DNA of 64,000 nt, from contig CAZNOX010000001.1 in the NCBI GenBank assembly GCA_964574875.1, positions 80,206-144,205 of the forward strand, written 5' to 3'. Position 1 is the stretch's first letter. Every line of letters starts with the position of its first letter. This document shows, one piece after another, positions 16,942-27,353 of this stretch. The DNA comes from an uncultured bacterium. Its GTDB lineage: Bacteria > Macinerneyibacteriota > Macinerneyibacteria > Macinerneyibacteriales > DSCS01. Below the pieces are notes generated by a model. It saw only the letters and a list, made by a program, of their open reading frames with translations. It did not search any database and was not told the DNA's origin. Both the position numbers and the translations under genes were made by a program.

Positions 16942-19693
16942 CTAAAAAGGAAGGATGGCCCCGATCTCAAAAAAGCTCCCCTGGTTATCCGGATCTTCAA
17001 GATCCCAGGCGTATCCCCCGCCCACAGTGAAAAACCCGGTGCTGATACGCCCCAGGACTCCCGCTGTGGCCACTGAGCCGTCGGCTTCCAGACGTCCCTG
17101 GTCGAAAAAGGCTGTGTCGATGAAGAGAGCTCCTTCTGCGATACTGTAATTGTAGCGGATCTCTCCGCTCAAGGCCCCGATGAGACGGCTGGGGATATCA
17201 GTGTTCAGCCCCCTGACGGTGACTCTTTTGTCATACCGGAAGCCTGTAAAGGGTTCCTGAAACGAGTGGTTCTCGCTCCGGATCCGGGGAAGGTCCTGGG
17301 GAGCAGGTTCTCCCCATTGTTTATGCACTTCCCCATAGAGTGAGACGACAAAGGGGGAGATCCTGCGAACCAGATAGGCATCGCATTTCAGGTAGGTGGA
17401 CAGATCTCTCTCTCCCGCGAAGGGAAGCGAAAAGGCGATCCCTGTATGAACTCCCGTCTCATGATAGGGGTAAAAAAGGCGGGGATGGCTGTTCTTGTAG
17501 ATATAAGAAAAATAGAGATAGGGGTCACTGTAATCCCTGGGAAGCTGAGTCTCATCTCCCGAAAACGAATCCCCGTTGAGGATGTCGGCCTTCCGGTACC
17601 CCCCTCCCGTTTCGAAGATCCGTGTCACATAGCGGTTATGCGGATGATCCACGGGGAGGGAGAGAGAGAGAGATCTGCCCCCCGCTGATTCGCTGTCGAA
17701 GTTCTTTTGAAAGATAATCTTCTGTGCTGTCTCCATGGGACCAGGCCGAGATCCCGATATCAAAGGCTGTGCTCTTATTGGTATAGGAGATATTATAGAA
17801 GATATCCTCCCAGTTGGCATCATCGATCCCGGCAAAGACCTGAAATGTATGCCATCCCATGGGTTCGGAAAAGACGGTCATGAACCCCGGGTAGACCTCT
17901 TCGTCCATATAGAGGGGAAGAAAACTGATGAGACGAAGATTCCTGAAGGGGCGGTACGGGCCGTTGAAGGCCCCCTCTTCGGGGATATTCTGATTCAGGG
18001 AAGCCCGGGGCTTGATGGTCATCCAGGCAGGACGGTCCACATCCCGGGTGACATCGGGTTCTCTGTGGGGGTCGATGAGGCACACGCGCATGGAAGAGCG
18101 CTCACGTGAGCTGATGCACAGGATGCCGTCATCTGTCCATTGCACGGGTTTTAGAAATCCCCTCTGCCGTGTCACCTGCCTCAGAGAGCCGTCTTTGATC
18201 TCCACTCTGAAGAGGGACGCTCTCTCCCTGTCATCCATGGCGAAGAGGACCGTCTGCTCATCAGGGGAGACCACCGGTGAAAACGGACGCTGGGGAAGCG
18301 GAAAGAGCTGAGCTGTCTCTGAAGGAATGTCGTAAAGGAAAAGATAGTATCTTCGTTCAGAAGGATGAAAGAGCGCCGCAGCCAGTGTGGACCCTTGTCC
18401 GGTGAGATCATAGATCTCTTCTCCGGAAAGAGGACTGAAAAGGGTCACGGGCTCTCCGTTCCCCCCTGTCCGGGCAATCACGGCGGTTCCGTGTCCGGTA
18501 TTCCTGAGGTAATAGAGCGTCCCGTTCATGGACACGGGATCGAAAGCGCGTTCATCCCGTGTCAACGCTCTCTCTCCGTGTCCCTGTTTGGAAAGGAAAT
18601 AGATGTCGCTGTAAAGAGATCCGTGTTTTCCCCGGATGGTCTTACCGTAGTAGAACCCCTTCTCATCGGCGAAGATTTTGCCGAAAAAGGGCTGTTCCGT
18701 GATCCGTTTCAGTCTCTGCCGGCGGGGGTCATACACATAGAGCCCCTGAGCCGGTTCCTTTGTCTTCCGTGTCCCCGTGATGATGAACCGGCCGTCTGCG
18801 GCCATGAGGCCATCCAGGACGTCAAAAGAGGGGATCTCAAGGTCTTCAGAGATCTCTGAAAGGCTTTCCAGGGAATCGGCCTTCTCCCTATAGTACTGTT
18901 CCATGGCCTTTCTCCAGCGCTTCGTGTAATCCTTGTAGGATTCGCCGAAACTCTCTTCGAAGGCCTTTTTAAAAAGAAACGTTCCGAAAAAATCACGTCT
19001 TTTAAAGAGACGGCCGAATTCGGCCGCCTTTTCAGGATGCTCGGCATAGAGAGTGCGGATCTGGGAAAATCCCTTGGCGTAGAGAAGAGGGCCGTCATCA
19101 GGCGTGATCCCCCATGTCTTCCATGAGCTGAAGAGTGCTGCGTTTTCCAGCCAGCGCTCTCCCCTCATGAGCCCCCAGGGCTCTAAAGCAAAAAACTGAG
19201 CATAACCTTCATGGACTTCAGCGGGGACATCCAGGGACGGGCCGAAGATATTCGTCCAGGATTTGGTGTTTTCAAAGATGAGGGCATGGACCATCTCATG
19301 GGCGATGACCTTTTCAAGCCAGGGCTGGTCCCCGGTGAAGTGGTCCAGATAACGTGAGGGAGAGACCCAGATGAAAAAGTATCCGTAGGGAAGTGTGGCT
19401 CCATTGGCGATATCGTCCACATCGGAGATGAAGATGGAATATTTCTTTTTGAAAGAGAGCCCCAGGTTTTTCTCATGCATGGCATAGACCTGTTCACTGA
19501 TGCCCCCCGCTTCACGGGCTGTCTCTTCAAGGCCGGTGCTGTAAATGATCCGGAAGTTCTCTGTCTCATAGACCCGCCAGGTGAGCTCGGGATGATTCCT
19601 GTGATTCATGAGGGAGAATGTTCCCAATCCCGCTACCGGGACTGCCGCCAGGAGAAAGAGGACACCACAGAGAGCAATTCGTTTCAAGACCAT
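16942..19693 (-). pseudogene. Frameshifted outer-membrane protein: gluzincin (MA-like) peptidase domain + beta-propeller + beta-barrel; split into ORFs 17636..19693 and 16942..17835
   Basis: Signal peptide, HEMVH...EGYAQFF, propeller-like repeats; frame 1 ends QISLSLPPRGSSA* and frame 2 continues SLSLPVDHPH to a C-terminal FFEIGAILPF beta-signal; the switch falls in the (TC)7/G6 tracts. Confidence 0.75.
17660..17673 (-). repeat. (TC)7 dinucleotide simple sequence repeat at the frameshift site
   Basis: Plus strand GAGAGAGAGAGAGA at 17660-17673; adjacent C6 run at 17678-17683. Confidence 0.9.
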
Positions 19694-19720
19694 GAAGGCT
19701 CCTTTTTTTCAATCAGGGTT

Positions 19721-21442
19721 TCACTTCAATTCACTCAGGGCTTTTTTTGTAAACTCGACGATATCTTTGAGATAAGACCTGTTAAAATGGAACTGGAGCC
19801 CCGCTGTCTCGTAAAGGTCCTCTACCGGGCAGGAATAACCCAAAGCGAGAAAGGCATCATACTCTTTCAGTGTGGACTCCTTCCCCTGTGTCTTATAGTT
19901 CCTGTAGAGAGCCAGAGCCCCCAGCTGGGCCATACCGTATTCGATGTAGTAGAAGGGAACTTCGAAGATATGGAGCTGATACATCCAGCTGATGATCTTT
20001 TCTGTCTCAAGCCCGCTCCAGTCCACACCGGGGTTGAAACGGTCCATGAGCCCCGAAAAGAAGGCGTCCCGCTCTTTGACTGTGTGCTCAGGGTGCGTGT
20101 AGATCCACTGCTGGAAGGCATCCACGATCATGCACCAGGGGAGAAACTTCAAAGCTCCTTCAAGCTCGTCGCGCCTGGCTTTTTCCAGGTCAGAGGCATC
20201 ATTGTAGAAGTGTCCCCAGTAATCCATGGTCAAAAACTCCATTCCCATGGACGCCAGCTCGGCGACTTCGCTGGGAGTATGAAGATACGGGGTGATGGTG
20301 ATGTCGCGTGTGGCAAAAGTATGCATGGCATGCCCGGATTCATGAAGCAGCGTGACCACATCCCTGTGCAGCCCCACGGCATTCATGAAGATAAAGGGCG
20401 CTTTTGTCTCAGCCAGGGGGTAGTTGTACCCTCCGGGGGCTTTGCCTTTCCGGTTCTCCAAATCAAGGAGCCCGGTGTTCTTCATCATCTCCAGTTTTGC
20501 TGCATAATCGGTCTTCACGTCTTTCAGGACACGGATGGCCCCGTCGATGAGCTCTTCGGAATCCTGAAACGGTTTCAAAGTCTTTCCGTCCAGGTCCACG
20601 GAGGTATCCCAGGGACGGACAGAATCCACACCCAGAGCCTTTCGGCGCTCTTCATTGAGTTGTCTCAGGAAAGGAATGACTTCGTGCTCCACAGCATCGT
20701 GAAAAGCCATGATATCGACAGGACTATAGGAAAAGCGCCCCAACTCGCGATGTTTATAATCACGGTAATTATCAAAGCCGGCGTTGTGAGCCTGTTTGAT
20801 ACGGACCTCTTTCAACTGGTCGAAGAGAGAGTCCAGCTTCTCTTTGGCTGACCCCAGGGTCTCCATCCTGAGACGCCAGGCTTTTTCACGGATATCCCTG
20901 TGAGGATCTTTGAGATAGACCCCGAGCTGAGAGAGTGTCTTCTCCTCCCCGTCGAAAGGGGCTGTGAGTTGAGAGTTGATCGCTCCGTACTTGGTGGAGA
21001 GTTCTGATTCCTTCACCTGGAGAGGGATATTCTCCTCCCGGTAAAGCTCCATATCGTTGGCGATGATCTTTTGAAGATGGCCGAACTTCTCCCGGGGAAG
21101 CTTTTGAAAATAATCATTTTCATAGATCTTCTTTTTGAACGCGAAATCATAGGGTTTCATCTGTGAGACCACAGAAGCATAGAAGGTGTGAAAAGCCTTC
21201 CCCTTCTCCTCATCGTCAGCAAAACGAGTCATGGCGATGTAGCGGCGGGCGGCCTCTTCATGGACGATGTTTTCAAGCTCCCCGTATTTTTCAAGAAAAG
21301 TGATGAGCTCCCCTTCTGAACTCAGGGCTTCACCCGTCATCTCCTCAAGAAGAGGTTTCACTTCTTCCCATGACGAGATATCAAGGTCTTCGCTGAAATA
21401 TCGGCGTTGCGGTTTTTCGATTTTTTTATCCGTGACGATCAT
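19721..21442 (-). CDS. M3 family oligoendopeptidase (PepF-like)
   Basis: RKGKAPGGY, HESGH zinc motif, EVAELASM, HIFEVPFYYIEY. Confidence 0.92.
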   Translation of the reverse strand: MIVTDKKIEKPQRRYFSEDLDISSWEEVKPLLEEMTGEALSSEGELITFLEKYGELENIVHEEAARRYIAMTRFADDEEKGKAFHTFYASVVSQMKPYDFAFKKKIYENDYFQKLPREKFGHLQKIIANDMELYREENIPLQVKESELSTKYGAINSQLTAPFDGEEKTLSQLGVYLKDPHRDIREKAWRLRMETLGSAKEKLDSLFDQLKEVRIKQAHNAGFDNYRDYKHRELGRFSYSPVDIMAFHDAVEHEVIPFLRQLNEERRKALGVDSVRPWDTSVDLDGKTLKPFQDSEELIDGAIRVLKDVKTDYAAKLEMMKNTGLLDLENRKGKAPGGYNYPLAETKAPFIFMNAVGLHRDVVTLLHESGHAMHTFATRDITITPYLHTPSEVAELASMGMEFLTMDYWGHFYNDASDLEKARRDELEGALKFLPWCMIVDAFQQWIYTHPEHTVKERDAFFSGLMDRFNPGVDWSGLETEKIISWMYQLHIFEVPFYYIEYGMAQLGALALYRNYKTQGKESTLKEYDAFLALGYSCPVEDLYETAGLQFHFNRSYLKDIVEFTKKALSELK

Positions 21443-21445
21443 GAT

Positions 21446-22732
21446 TTAATCCTTTCGTTTCAGAATAGTCGTTTTTCCGTTCATATAGGGCTGGAGTGCT
21501 TCGGGTATGCTCACAGACCCGTCAGCGTTCTGATAGTTCTCCATCACGGCGATGAGGAGACGTCCCACAGCCAGGGCCGAACCGTTGAGGGTATGGACAA
21601 ATTCATTTTTTCCCGATTCGTTCTTATACCGGATCCCGGCCCGTCGGGCTTGAAAATCTTCAAAGTTGGTACAGGATGAGACTTCCCTGTACCGTTCCTG
21701 TGACGGGATCCAAGCTTCGATGTCATAAGTCTTGGCTGATGAAAAACTCATGTCCCCGGTGCAAAGAAGAAGGACCCGATACGGGATCTTCAAAGCCTCA
21801 AGGACTTGCGCTGCATCCCGGACCAGTATCTCAAGCGCTTCGTAGGACTCCTCAGGGCGGACAAAGTTGACCAGTTCGACTTTATGAAACTGGTGCTGCC
21901 GCAGGATCCCCCGGACATCTTTTCCATGTGAAAACTTCTCCCTGCGGAAACAGGGCGTGTGTGATGTCACCTTGACAGGAAGAGAATCCGGAGGGAGGAT
22001 CTCCCTGGCGAAGAGATTGGTCAGGGGGACTTCCGCCGTGGGAATGAGAAAAAGGTCATCTTCTTCCAGCCTGTAGAGATCGTCTTCGAATTTCGGAAGC
22101 TGCCCGGTCCCGGTCATGGCCTCACGGTTGACAAGGAACGGAACACTGTATTCCACATACCCGTGCTGCCGGGTATGCATATCCAGCATAAAATTGATCA
22201 ACGCTCTTTCCAGAAGCGCCAGTTCATCTCTTTTGTAGTGAAACCGGGCCTGGGACACTTTGACACCCCGCTCCAGGTCAAGGGCGTTTCCGTGTTCACC
22301 CAGGGTGACATGGTCCAGCACGGGGAAGTCGAATTTCGGAATCTCTCCCCATGTCCTCACCACGACATTCTCCTCTTCTCCGGCTCCGTCGGGAACGGAA
22401 GGATGAGGGATGTTGGGAAGAGAGAGAAGCATAGTATTCATCTCCTCTTGCACCCTGGCGATGAGGGCATCCTTTTCCTTGATCGTCTCCCCTATCCCGC
22501 TGATCTGATTCATCACAGGTTCTGTCTCTTTTCCTTCTTTTTTCAGTTGGCCGATCTTTTTCGATGATTCATTGCGTTCACGTTTGAGCTCTTCCGTAGC
22601 CGTGATGGCATCACGTCTCTCTCTGTCCAGGTCGATGAGTCTTGTGATCTCATGGCTGAAATCCTGATTTTTGCGTTTCAGCCCCTCGATGACATCAGAC
22701 GGTTCTTTGACGATTCTTCGAATATCAAGCAT
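21446..22732 (-). CDS. serS: Seryl-tRNA synthetase
   Basis: GTGQLPKFEDD, LIPTAEVPLTN, PCFRRE, RQHQFHKVE, REVSSCTN, HTLNGSALAVGR; GGAGG RBS 9 nt before ATG 22732. Confidence 0.97.
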   Translation of the reverse strand: MLDIRRIVKEPSDVIEGLKRKNQDFSHEITRLIDLDRERRDAITATEELKRERNESSKKIGQLKKEGKETEPVMNQISGIGETIKEKDALIARVQEEMNTMLLSLPNIPHPSVPDGAGEEENVVVRTWGEIPKFDFPVLDHVTLGEHGNALDLERGVKVSQARFHYKRDELALLERALINFMLDMHTRQHGYVEYSVPFLVNREAMTGTGQLPKFEDDLYRLEEDDLFLIPTAEVPLTNLFAREILPPDSLPVKVTSHTPCFRREKFSHGKDVRGILRQHQFHKVELVNFVRPEESYEALEILVRDAAQVLEALKIPYRVLLLCTGDMSFSSAKTYDIEAWIPSQERYREVSSCTNFEDFQARRAGIRYKNESGKNEFVHTLNGSALAVGRLLIAVMENYQNADGSVSIPEALQPYMNGKTTILKRKD

Positions 22733-22806
22733 ATTAGTCATCCTCCTCCAGTTTTTGTACCATAAAAACCCTCTTTTAGCAAGGAGAAAGAAAGTCACCC
22801 TTTTCC

Positions 22807-22834
22807 TTGATTTTTTAGATTATCGTTCTATATT
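22807..22834 (+). promoter_or_regulatory. sigma70-type promoter of the OMP gene
   Basis: TTGATT-N16-TATATT. Confidence 0.55.
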
Positions 22835-22867
22835 AAATGGAAATGCATTAGCCAAGGAGGTTGTGTT

Positions 22868-23356
22868 ATGAAAAAATGGTTTGTTGTCTTTGTGATTCTT
22901 CTCTCTGCTGCCGGCCTGGCCCAGGGAGCGTCTAATCTGGCTCTTTCCCGTGCTTCGGTCAAAGCCGGTTACAACTTTGATTTTGAGCAGCTCGTCATCG
23001 GTGCCGATCTCAATATGGGGACTCTGGCCAGAGACCTCTATCTTGTCCCCCAGCTTGAGTTCTCATTGGGCGGAGATTACAGTGTCTTCTCCATTGACGG
23101 CACACTCCAGTACTATTTCCCCACATCAGGGACCATCCGCCCCTATGCCGGCGGAGGGCTCGGATTCCGGACGGTGAGTTGGGATTTCGGCAACGGCCTT
23201 GATGGTTCCGACACCGATTTTGTCCTTTGTGCCTTGGGCGGTGCCGACTTCGATATCGGGAACCCCCGCATGCATCTCTTTACCGATCTGAAGATCCGTT
23301 TCATGGGTTGGGGCTCCGATATGGGCCTGTGGGTCGGCCTCTCATTCGCCCTGTAG
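22868..23356 (+). CDS. Small 8-stranded outer-membrane beta-barrel protein (OmpA-TM/OmpW-like)
   Basis: Signal peptide, amphipathic strands, IRPYAGGGLGF, terminal VGLSFAL. Confidence 0.8.
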   Translation: MKKWFVVFVILLSAAGLAQGASNLALSRASVKAGYNFDFEQLVIGADLNMGTLARDLYLVPQLEFSLGGDYSVFSIDGTLQYYFPTSGTIRPYAGGGLGFRTVSWDFGNGLDGSDTDFVLCALGGADFDIGNPRMHLFTDLKIRFMGWGSDMGLWVGLSFAL

Positions 23357-23366
23357 AACCTTCTTA

Positions 23367-23392
23367 TGAGAGAGGGGACATCCCCTCTCTCA
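23367..23392. terminator. Perfect 11-bp inverted repeat, likely bidirectional terminator
   Basis: TGAGAGAGGGG-acat-CCCCTCTCTCA between the convergent OMP gene and gpmI. Confidence 0.7.
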
Positions 23393-24958
23393 CCTCTTTT
23401 CAATCAGGTTTTGTCCGTCCATCTCCGGCGGGATCTCCAGCCCCATGAGGGTGAGGAGTGTCGGTGCCAGGTCGGCGAGTCTGCCTTTGTCTTTCAAGAT
23501 GACATGCTCTTTCTGAAGATCCTTTCGTCGTGAGATCAGGCTGAGCCAGACAGGATTTGTGGTGTGGGCTGTCTGTACCTCTCCCGTCTCGGGATCCGCC
23601 ATCTGTTCGGCATTCCCGTGATCTGCTGTGAGCAGGACCACACCGTCTTTTTCCAGGACTTTGTCCACCACCTGTCCCACAGCCTCATCCACCACATGGC
23701 AGGCTTTCACAGCTGCATCAAAGACCCCGGTGTGGCCCACCATATCAGGGTTCGCATAATTAAGGACGATCACATCGTAGATCTCTTTGTCCAACGCTTC
23801 CAGGACTTTTTCCGTCACCCGGGGCGCCGACATCTCCGGCTGGAGGTCATAGGTGGCCACTTTTGGAGAATCCACAAGGATACGGTCCTCACCGGGGAAG
23901 ACAATATCCTGCTGCCCGTTGAAGAAAAAAGTCACATGAGCGTACTTTTCAGTCTCGGCAATTCGGAGCTGGGTCTTCCCGGCCTGGGACAGGACCTCTC
24001 CCAAAAGGTGATCCATTTTGATGAGAGGGAAGGCCACTGCCACTTCAGCCCGCGACGAGTCGGTGATCCCCTCGTAATATTCCGTCGTGGCCAGGAAAAA
24101 AAAGTCCTTGATGTCGAGGACCGGGAAAGAATCAAAACCGTTCTCAATCAAAGCCCTGGTGATCTCTCTGGCCCGGTCGAAACGGTAATTGAAAAAGACG
24201 AGCCCGTCTCCTTCTCCGAGAGGGGCAAAGCCTGCGACCTTGCGCGGTGTGATAAACTCATCAGTCTCACCCCGGGCGTAAGCATCGTCAACGGCCGATC
24301 CGGCTGACGGAAAGAGATCCGAATCACTCTTGCCCCGGGTGAGCAGGTCGTAAAACCTGCGGACCCGCGCCCACCGGTTATCCCTGTCCATGGCGTAATA
24401 GCGGCCGGTCACCGAAGCAATATGCCCAAGATCCTCTTTTTTCAGGACCTCTTCCAGAGGGGTGATATAATCCATGGCTGACTGCGGGGGAGTGTCCCTC
24501 CCGTCGGTGATCACGTGGACAGCCACCCGGCTGCCGCTGATGCCGTGATCCCGGAATGCACGCAGATAGGCGATCAAATGATCAGAATGGGCATGGACGC
24601 CCTGGTCCTGGACAAGCCCGAAGATATGGATCATTCCGCCGGTCTTCAAGACATGGCCTGTGAGCTTTTCCAGGGCCGGATTCTCAGCGAATCTCTCTTC
24701 CCGGACAGCCTTGCTGATCCGGACAAGATTCTGATAGACCACCCGACCGGCCCCCATGTTCAGATGTCCCACTTCAGAGGACCCCTGATATCCGTCAGGA
24801 AGCCCCACGGCACTCCCGGAAGCTCCGATGAAAGCGACAGGATAGTCTTTGATATATTGATTATGAAAACGGGGACGGCACTGGGTGATGGCGTTATACT
24901 CCGCTGAAGGATTGTATCCCCATCCGTCACGGATAATGAGCATATAAGGTTTTTTCAT
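23390..24958 (-). CDS. gpmI: 2,3-bisphosphoglycerate-independent phosphoglycerate mutase
   Basis: LIIRDGWG, GSSEVGH, GRYYAMDRD, IAETEKYAHVTFFFNG, NPDMVGHTG, TADHGNAE. Confidence 0.96.
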   Translation of the reverse strand: MKKPYMLIIRDGWGYNPSAEYNAITQCRPRFHNQYIKDYPVAFIGASGSAVGLPDGYQGSSEVGHLNMGAGRVVYQNLVRISKAVREERFAENPALEKLTGHVLKTGGMIHIFGLVQDQGVHAHSDHLIAYLRAFRDHGISGSRVAVHVITDGRDTPPQSAMDYITPLEEVLKKEDLGHIASVTGRYYAMDRDNRWARVRRFYDLLTRGKSDSDLFPSAGSAVDDAYARGETDEFITPRKVAGFAPLGEGDGLVFFNYRFDRAREITRALIENGFDSFPVLDIKDFFFLATTEYYEGITDSSRAEVAVAFPLIKMDHLLGEVLSQAGKTQLRIAETEKYAHVTFFFNGQQDIVFPGEDRILVDSPKVATYDLQPEMSAPRVTEKVLEALDKEIYDVIVLNYANPDMVGHTGVFDAAVKACHVVDEAVGQVVDKVLEKDGVVLLTADHGNAEQMADPETGEVQTAHTTNPVWLSLISRRKDLQKEHVILKDKGRLADLAPTLLTLMGLEIPPEMDGQNLIEKR

Positions 24959-25032
24959 ATCCCTTCCTTTCGGCCTGTATTATAGAGGAGAAGAGGGAAA
25001 ACGGCAAGAGATACGGGAAAAAGAGACAGATC

Positions 25033-25785
25033 CTATAATTCCCTGATATCCAGGATCTCTCCGTCAGGAAAAAAATCGAGAAAAAGGATCTCTTTGATCT
25101 TTTCAGCCACATCCATGGGTTTTTTCAAGGCTCCCGATTTATGAAACTCAATAAACTTGCCCACATAGATAAAATTTTCCCGGGGCTGTTTTCTGATCTG
25201 CTGCTGCATGTCCGTATCCACGATCCCCGGAGCCAGGCTTAATATCTTGACACGGTCCTCCTCTTTCCGTTCTTTCTGCTCTTCGGCAAAGACCCGGCTG
25301 GCCATATCCAGGCCGGCCTTTGTCGAGCAGTACGAGGACCATCCGTAATAGGGATGTTTTCCCGCTCCTGAAGAGATGTTCAGGATCCTCTTCTCACAGC
25401 GGAAGGGCTGGGCCTGCCGGACAAACTCATTCATCAGGATGAGGGGAGCTGAAAGGTTGACGTTGACAGCTTCTCCGATCTTCTCCGACTCGATCTTTCC
25501 CAGGGGGCCCACAGGGGCGAGGACAGCGGCATTATTGATCAGGCCGATAAATTCCGGTTCTTCAATATGAGCGAAAATGGACTCCATAAGCCCCGTCAGC
25601 CCTTCAAGACGTGACAGGTCATACGGATAGGTGACGATCCCCCCCACTTTCTCATCGACGGATTCAGCCAGGTCATCCAATCGGGTTCTGGCGATACAAT
25701 GAAGGACAAAATTCCCGTAGGCTAAAGACTGGACAAGGGCCCGGCCCACACCCCGGGATGCTCCGGTGATAATGACATGCTTCAT
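25033..25785 (-). CDS. SDR oxidoreductase (benzil reductase YueD/sepiapterin-reductase-like)
   Basis: TGASRGVG, LINNAA, NISSGAG, YCSTK. Confidence 0.85.
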   Translation of the reverse strand: MKHVIITGASRGVGRALVQSLAYGNFVLHCIARTRLDDLAESVDEKVGGIVTYPYDLSRLEGLTGLMESIFAHIEEPEFIGLINNAAVLAPVGPLGKIESEKIGEAVNVNLSAPLILMNEFVRQAQPFRCEKRILNISSGAGKHPYYGWSSYCSTKAGLDMASRVFAEEQKERKEEDRVKILSLAPGIVDTDMQQQIRKQPRENFIYVGKFIEFHKSGALKKPMDVAEKIKEILFLDFFPDGEILDIREL

Positions 25786-25788
25786 TCT

Positions 25789-26748
25789 CTACTCCTTTTT
25801 CAGTTTGGCAGCCAGTTTTTTCAAAGCGTTTTTTTCGATCTGAGAGACCCGCTGTTTGGAGATCCCCAAAAGGTCTCCGATCTCCCGCAGCGAGATGACA
25901 TCTTCTCCATAGATCCCGTATCGGTAGTCGAGGATGGTCCTCTCCCGTTCATTGAGTTCTGTCAAAGCTTTCAGGAGCCTTTCGTGGACGGCGTTTTTCA
26001 TCATCATCTCTTCTGAGCGGTCCTCCACAGAGACTGTCTCTGTCCCGTTCCCGGGTGTATCCGCCTCCTCTTCGAGCTGAAGAGGGCGATAGAAAAGAGA
26101 GGAGAGGACCATGAGGGAATAGGAATCCACATTGAGTTCTTTTTTCAACTCCTCTTCATTCACCTGGGAATTCACGGAGTTCTTATGGTTCACGATCTTT
26201 TTATACCGCAGATACTTGTGAAAGACACGGTCTGAGAATTTTAAGATCGATGTGTTTTTGTAGAGATACTCCTGGATATAATGTTTGATCCAGTAGGCGG
26301 CATAGGTGGCAAAGCGGTTTTCACGGTTGGGGTCATATTTTTCAATGGCGATCATCAGGCCGATATTCCCCTCTTCCACAAGATCGAGAAGCATGGATTT
26401 GTTGTCTCTGTTGATATATTTGCGCGCAATATTGATGACAAGGCGCAAGTTGGTCTTGATCAGAAGGTTGCGCATCCCCTTGTCAGGATGCCTCCGGTAT
26501 TGGGTAAAGGCTTTTTTCTCCTCCTCCTCGCCCAGCAAGGGGTAATTGTTCACTTCAGCCATATAGTGGTCCAGAGCGTCGAGCCCGGCGCGGGAGAGTC
26601 CTGTCTTGACCCTGTCGTAGGCCGCATTGAAGACCTCCTGGAAACACTCGGGGGGGACCCCCATCTCATTGATAATATCAGGGATCTCATCCACAGAATA
26701 ATTGCGGTACTCCTGATGGAGTGTTTTGATGAAACCTTGACAATCCAT
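25789..26748 (-). CDS. sigma70-family RNA polymerase sigma factor (alternative, group 2/3-like)
   Basis: Region 1.2 YMAEVNNYPLL, region 2 NLRLVINIARKY..DLVEEGNIGL..FATYAAYWI, region 4 SLREIG..ISKQRVSQIE. Confidence 0.9.
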   Translation of the reverse strand: MDCQGFIKTLHQEYRNYSVDEIPDIINEMGVPPECFQEVFNAAYDRVKTGLSRAGLDALDHYMAEVNNYPLLGEEEEKKAFTQYRRHPDKGMRNLLIKTNLRLVINIARKYINRDNKSMLLDLVEEGNIGLMIAIEKYDPNRENRFATYAAYWIKHYIQEYLYKNTSILKFSDRVFHKYLRYKKIVNHKNSVNSQVNEEELKKELNVDSYSLMVLSSLFYRPLQLEEEADTPGNGTETVSVEDRSEEMMMKNAVHERLLKALTELNERERTILDYRYGIYGEDVISLREIGDLLGISKQRVSQIEKNALKKLAAKLKKE

Positions 26749-26751
26749 AGT

Positions 26752-27039
26752 CTAGAATCTTACCTCGAACATTTGGGCCTCGGGATCATCCGGGACGATA
26801 TCGCTCTCTGCCCCGGTGATCTGCGCAAAGGCAGGGCCTTTTCTCACAAGACGGGTAAATTCATCGATCTGGGAGGGCGTTCCATAGGCCCTCACCAGGA
26901 GAGACCCGTCAGGGAGGTTTTTCACATATCCGCGGACACCCAGGCGCTGGGCATGCCGGACACAAAAATAGCGGAACCCCACTCCCTGGACCCGTCCTGA
27001 TATCACCATCTGCCGTCCTGTCGTCTCCATTTTTTCCAC
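26752..27039 (-). CDS. acyP: Acylphosphatase
   Basis: ISGRVQGVGFR, GYVKNLPDGS. Confidence 0.93.
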   Translation of the reverse strand: MEKMETTGRQMVISGRVQGVGFRYFCVRHAQRLGVRGYVKNLPDGSLLVRAYGTPSQIDEFTRLVRKGPAFAQITGAESDIVPDDPEAQMFEVRF

Positions 27040-27111
27040 CTTTTCGATAACATTCTCATTATAACACAGAGAGAATTGCCTGACAATTTAAAACATTTTC
27101 TTTATTTCCCC

Positions 27112-27139
27112 TTGACAAAAAAGAGTTTCTGAATAAGAT
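27112..27139 (+). promoter_or_regulatory. Promoter of tRNA-Asn
   Basis: TTGACA-N16-TAAGAT, 16 nt upstream of the tRNA. Confidence 0.75.
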
Positions 27140-27155
27140 TAACAGGCGTTGATAC

Positions 27156-27227
27156 TCCTCCGTAGCTCAACGGTAGAGCAACCGGCTGTTAACCGGTTTG
27201 TTGCTGGTTCGAGTCCGGCCGGGGGAG
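27156..27227 (+). tRNA. tRNA-Asn (GTT), CCA not encoded
   Basis: Cloverleaf: acceptor TCCTCCG/CGGGGGA, D-arm GCTC/GAGC, anticodon arm ACCGG-CT-GTT-AA-CCGGT, T-arm with TTCGAGT, discriminator G. Confidence 0.97.
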
Positions 27228-27232
27228 CTCAT

Positions 27233-27260
27233 AAGCCCTGCTGAAAGCAGGGCTTTTTTT
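27233..27260 (+). terminator. Intrinsic terminator after tRNA-Asn
   Basis: AAGCCCTGCT-gaa-AGCAGGGCTT followed by a T-run. Confidence 0.9.
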
Positions 27261-27353
27261 ATTGAAACTCTTATCTGAGTGCCATACACCTAACCTGTCA
27301 ATCAGAAGGCTGCAGAAACATCATGACTGATATCTCTTCTCTTTTTTGTCTGT

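Noticed and set aside
16942-17835. The 297-aa ORF as an independent gene
   Set aside because: Its N-terminal part is out-of-frame overlap with the upstream ORF, it has no signal peptide, and it only makes sense as the barrel half of the frameshifted gene
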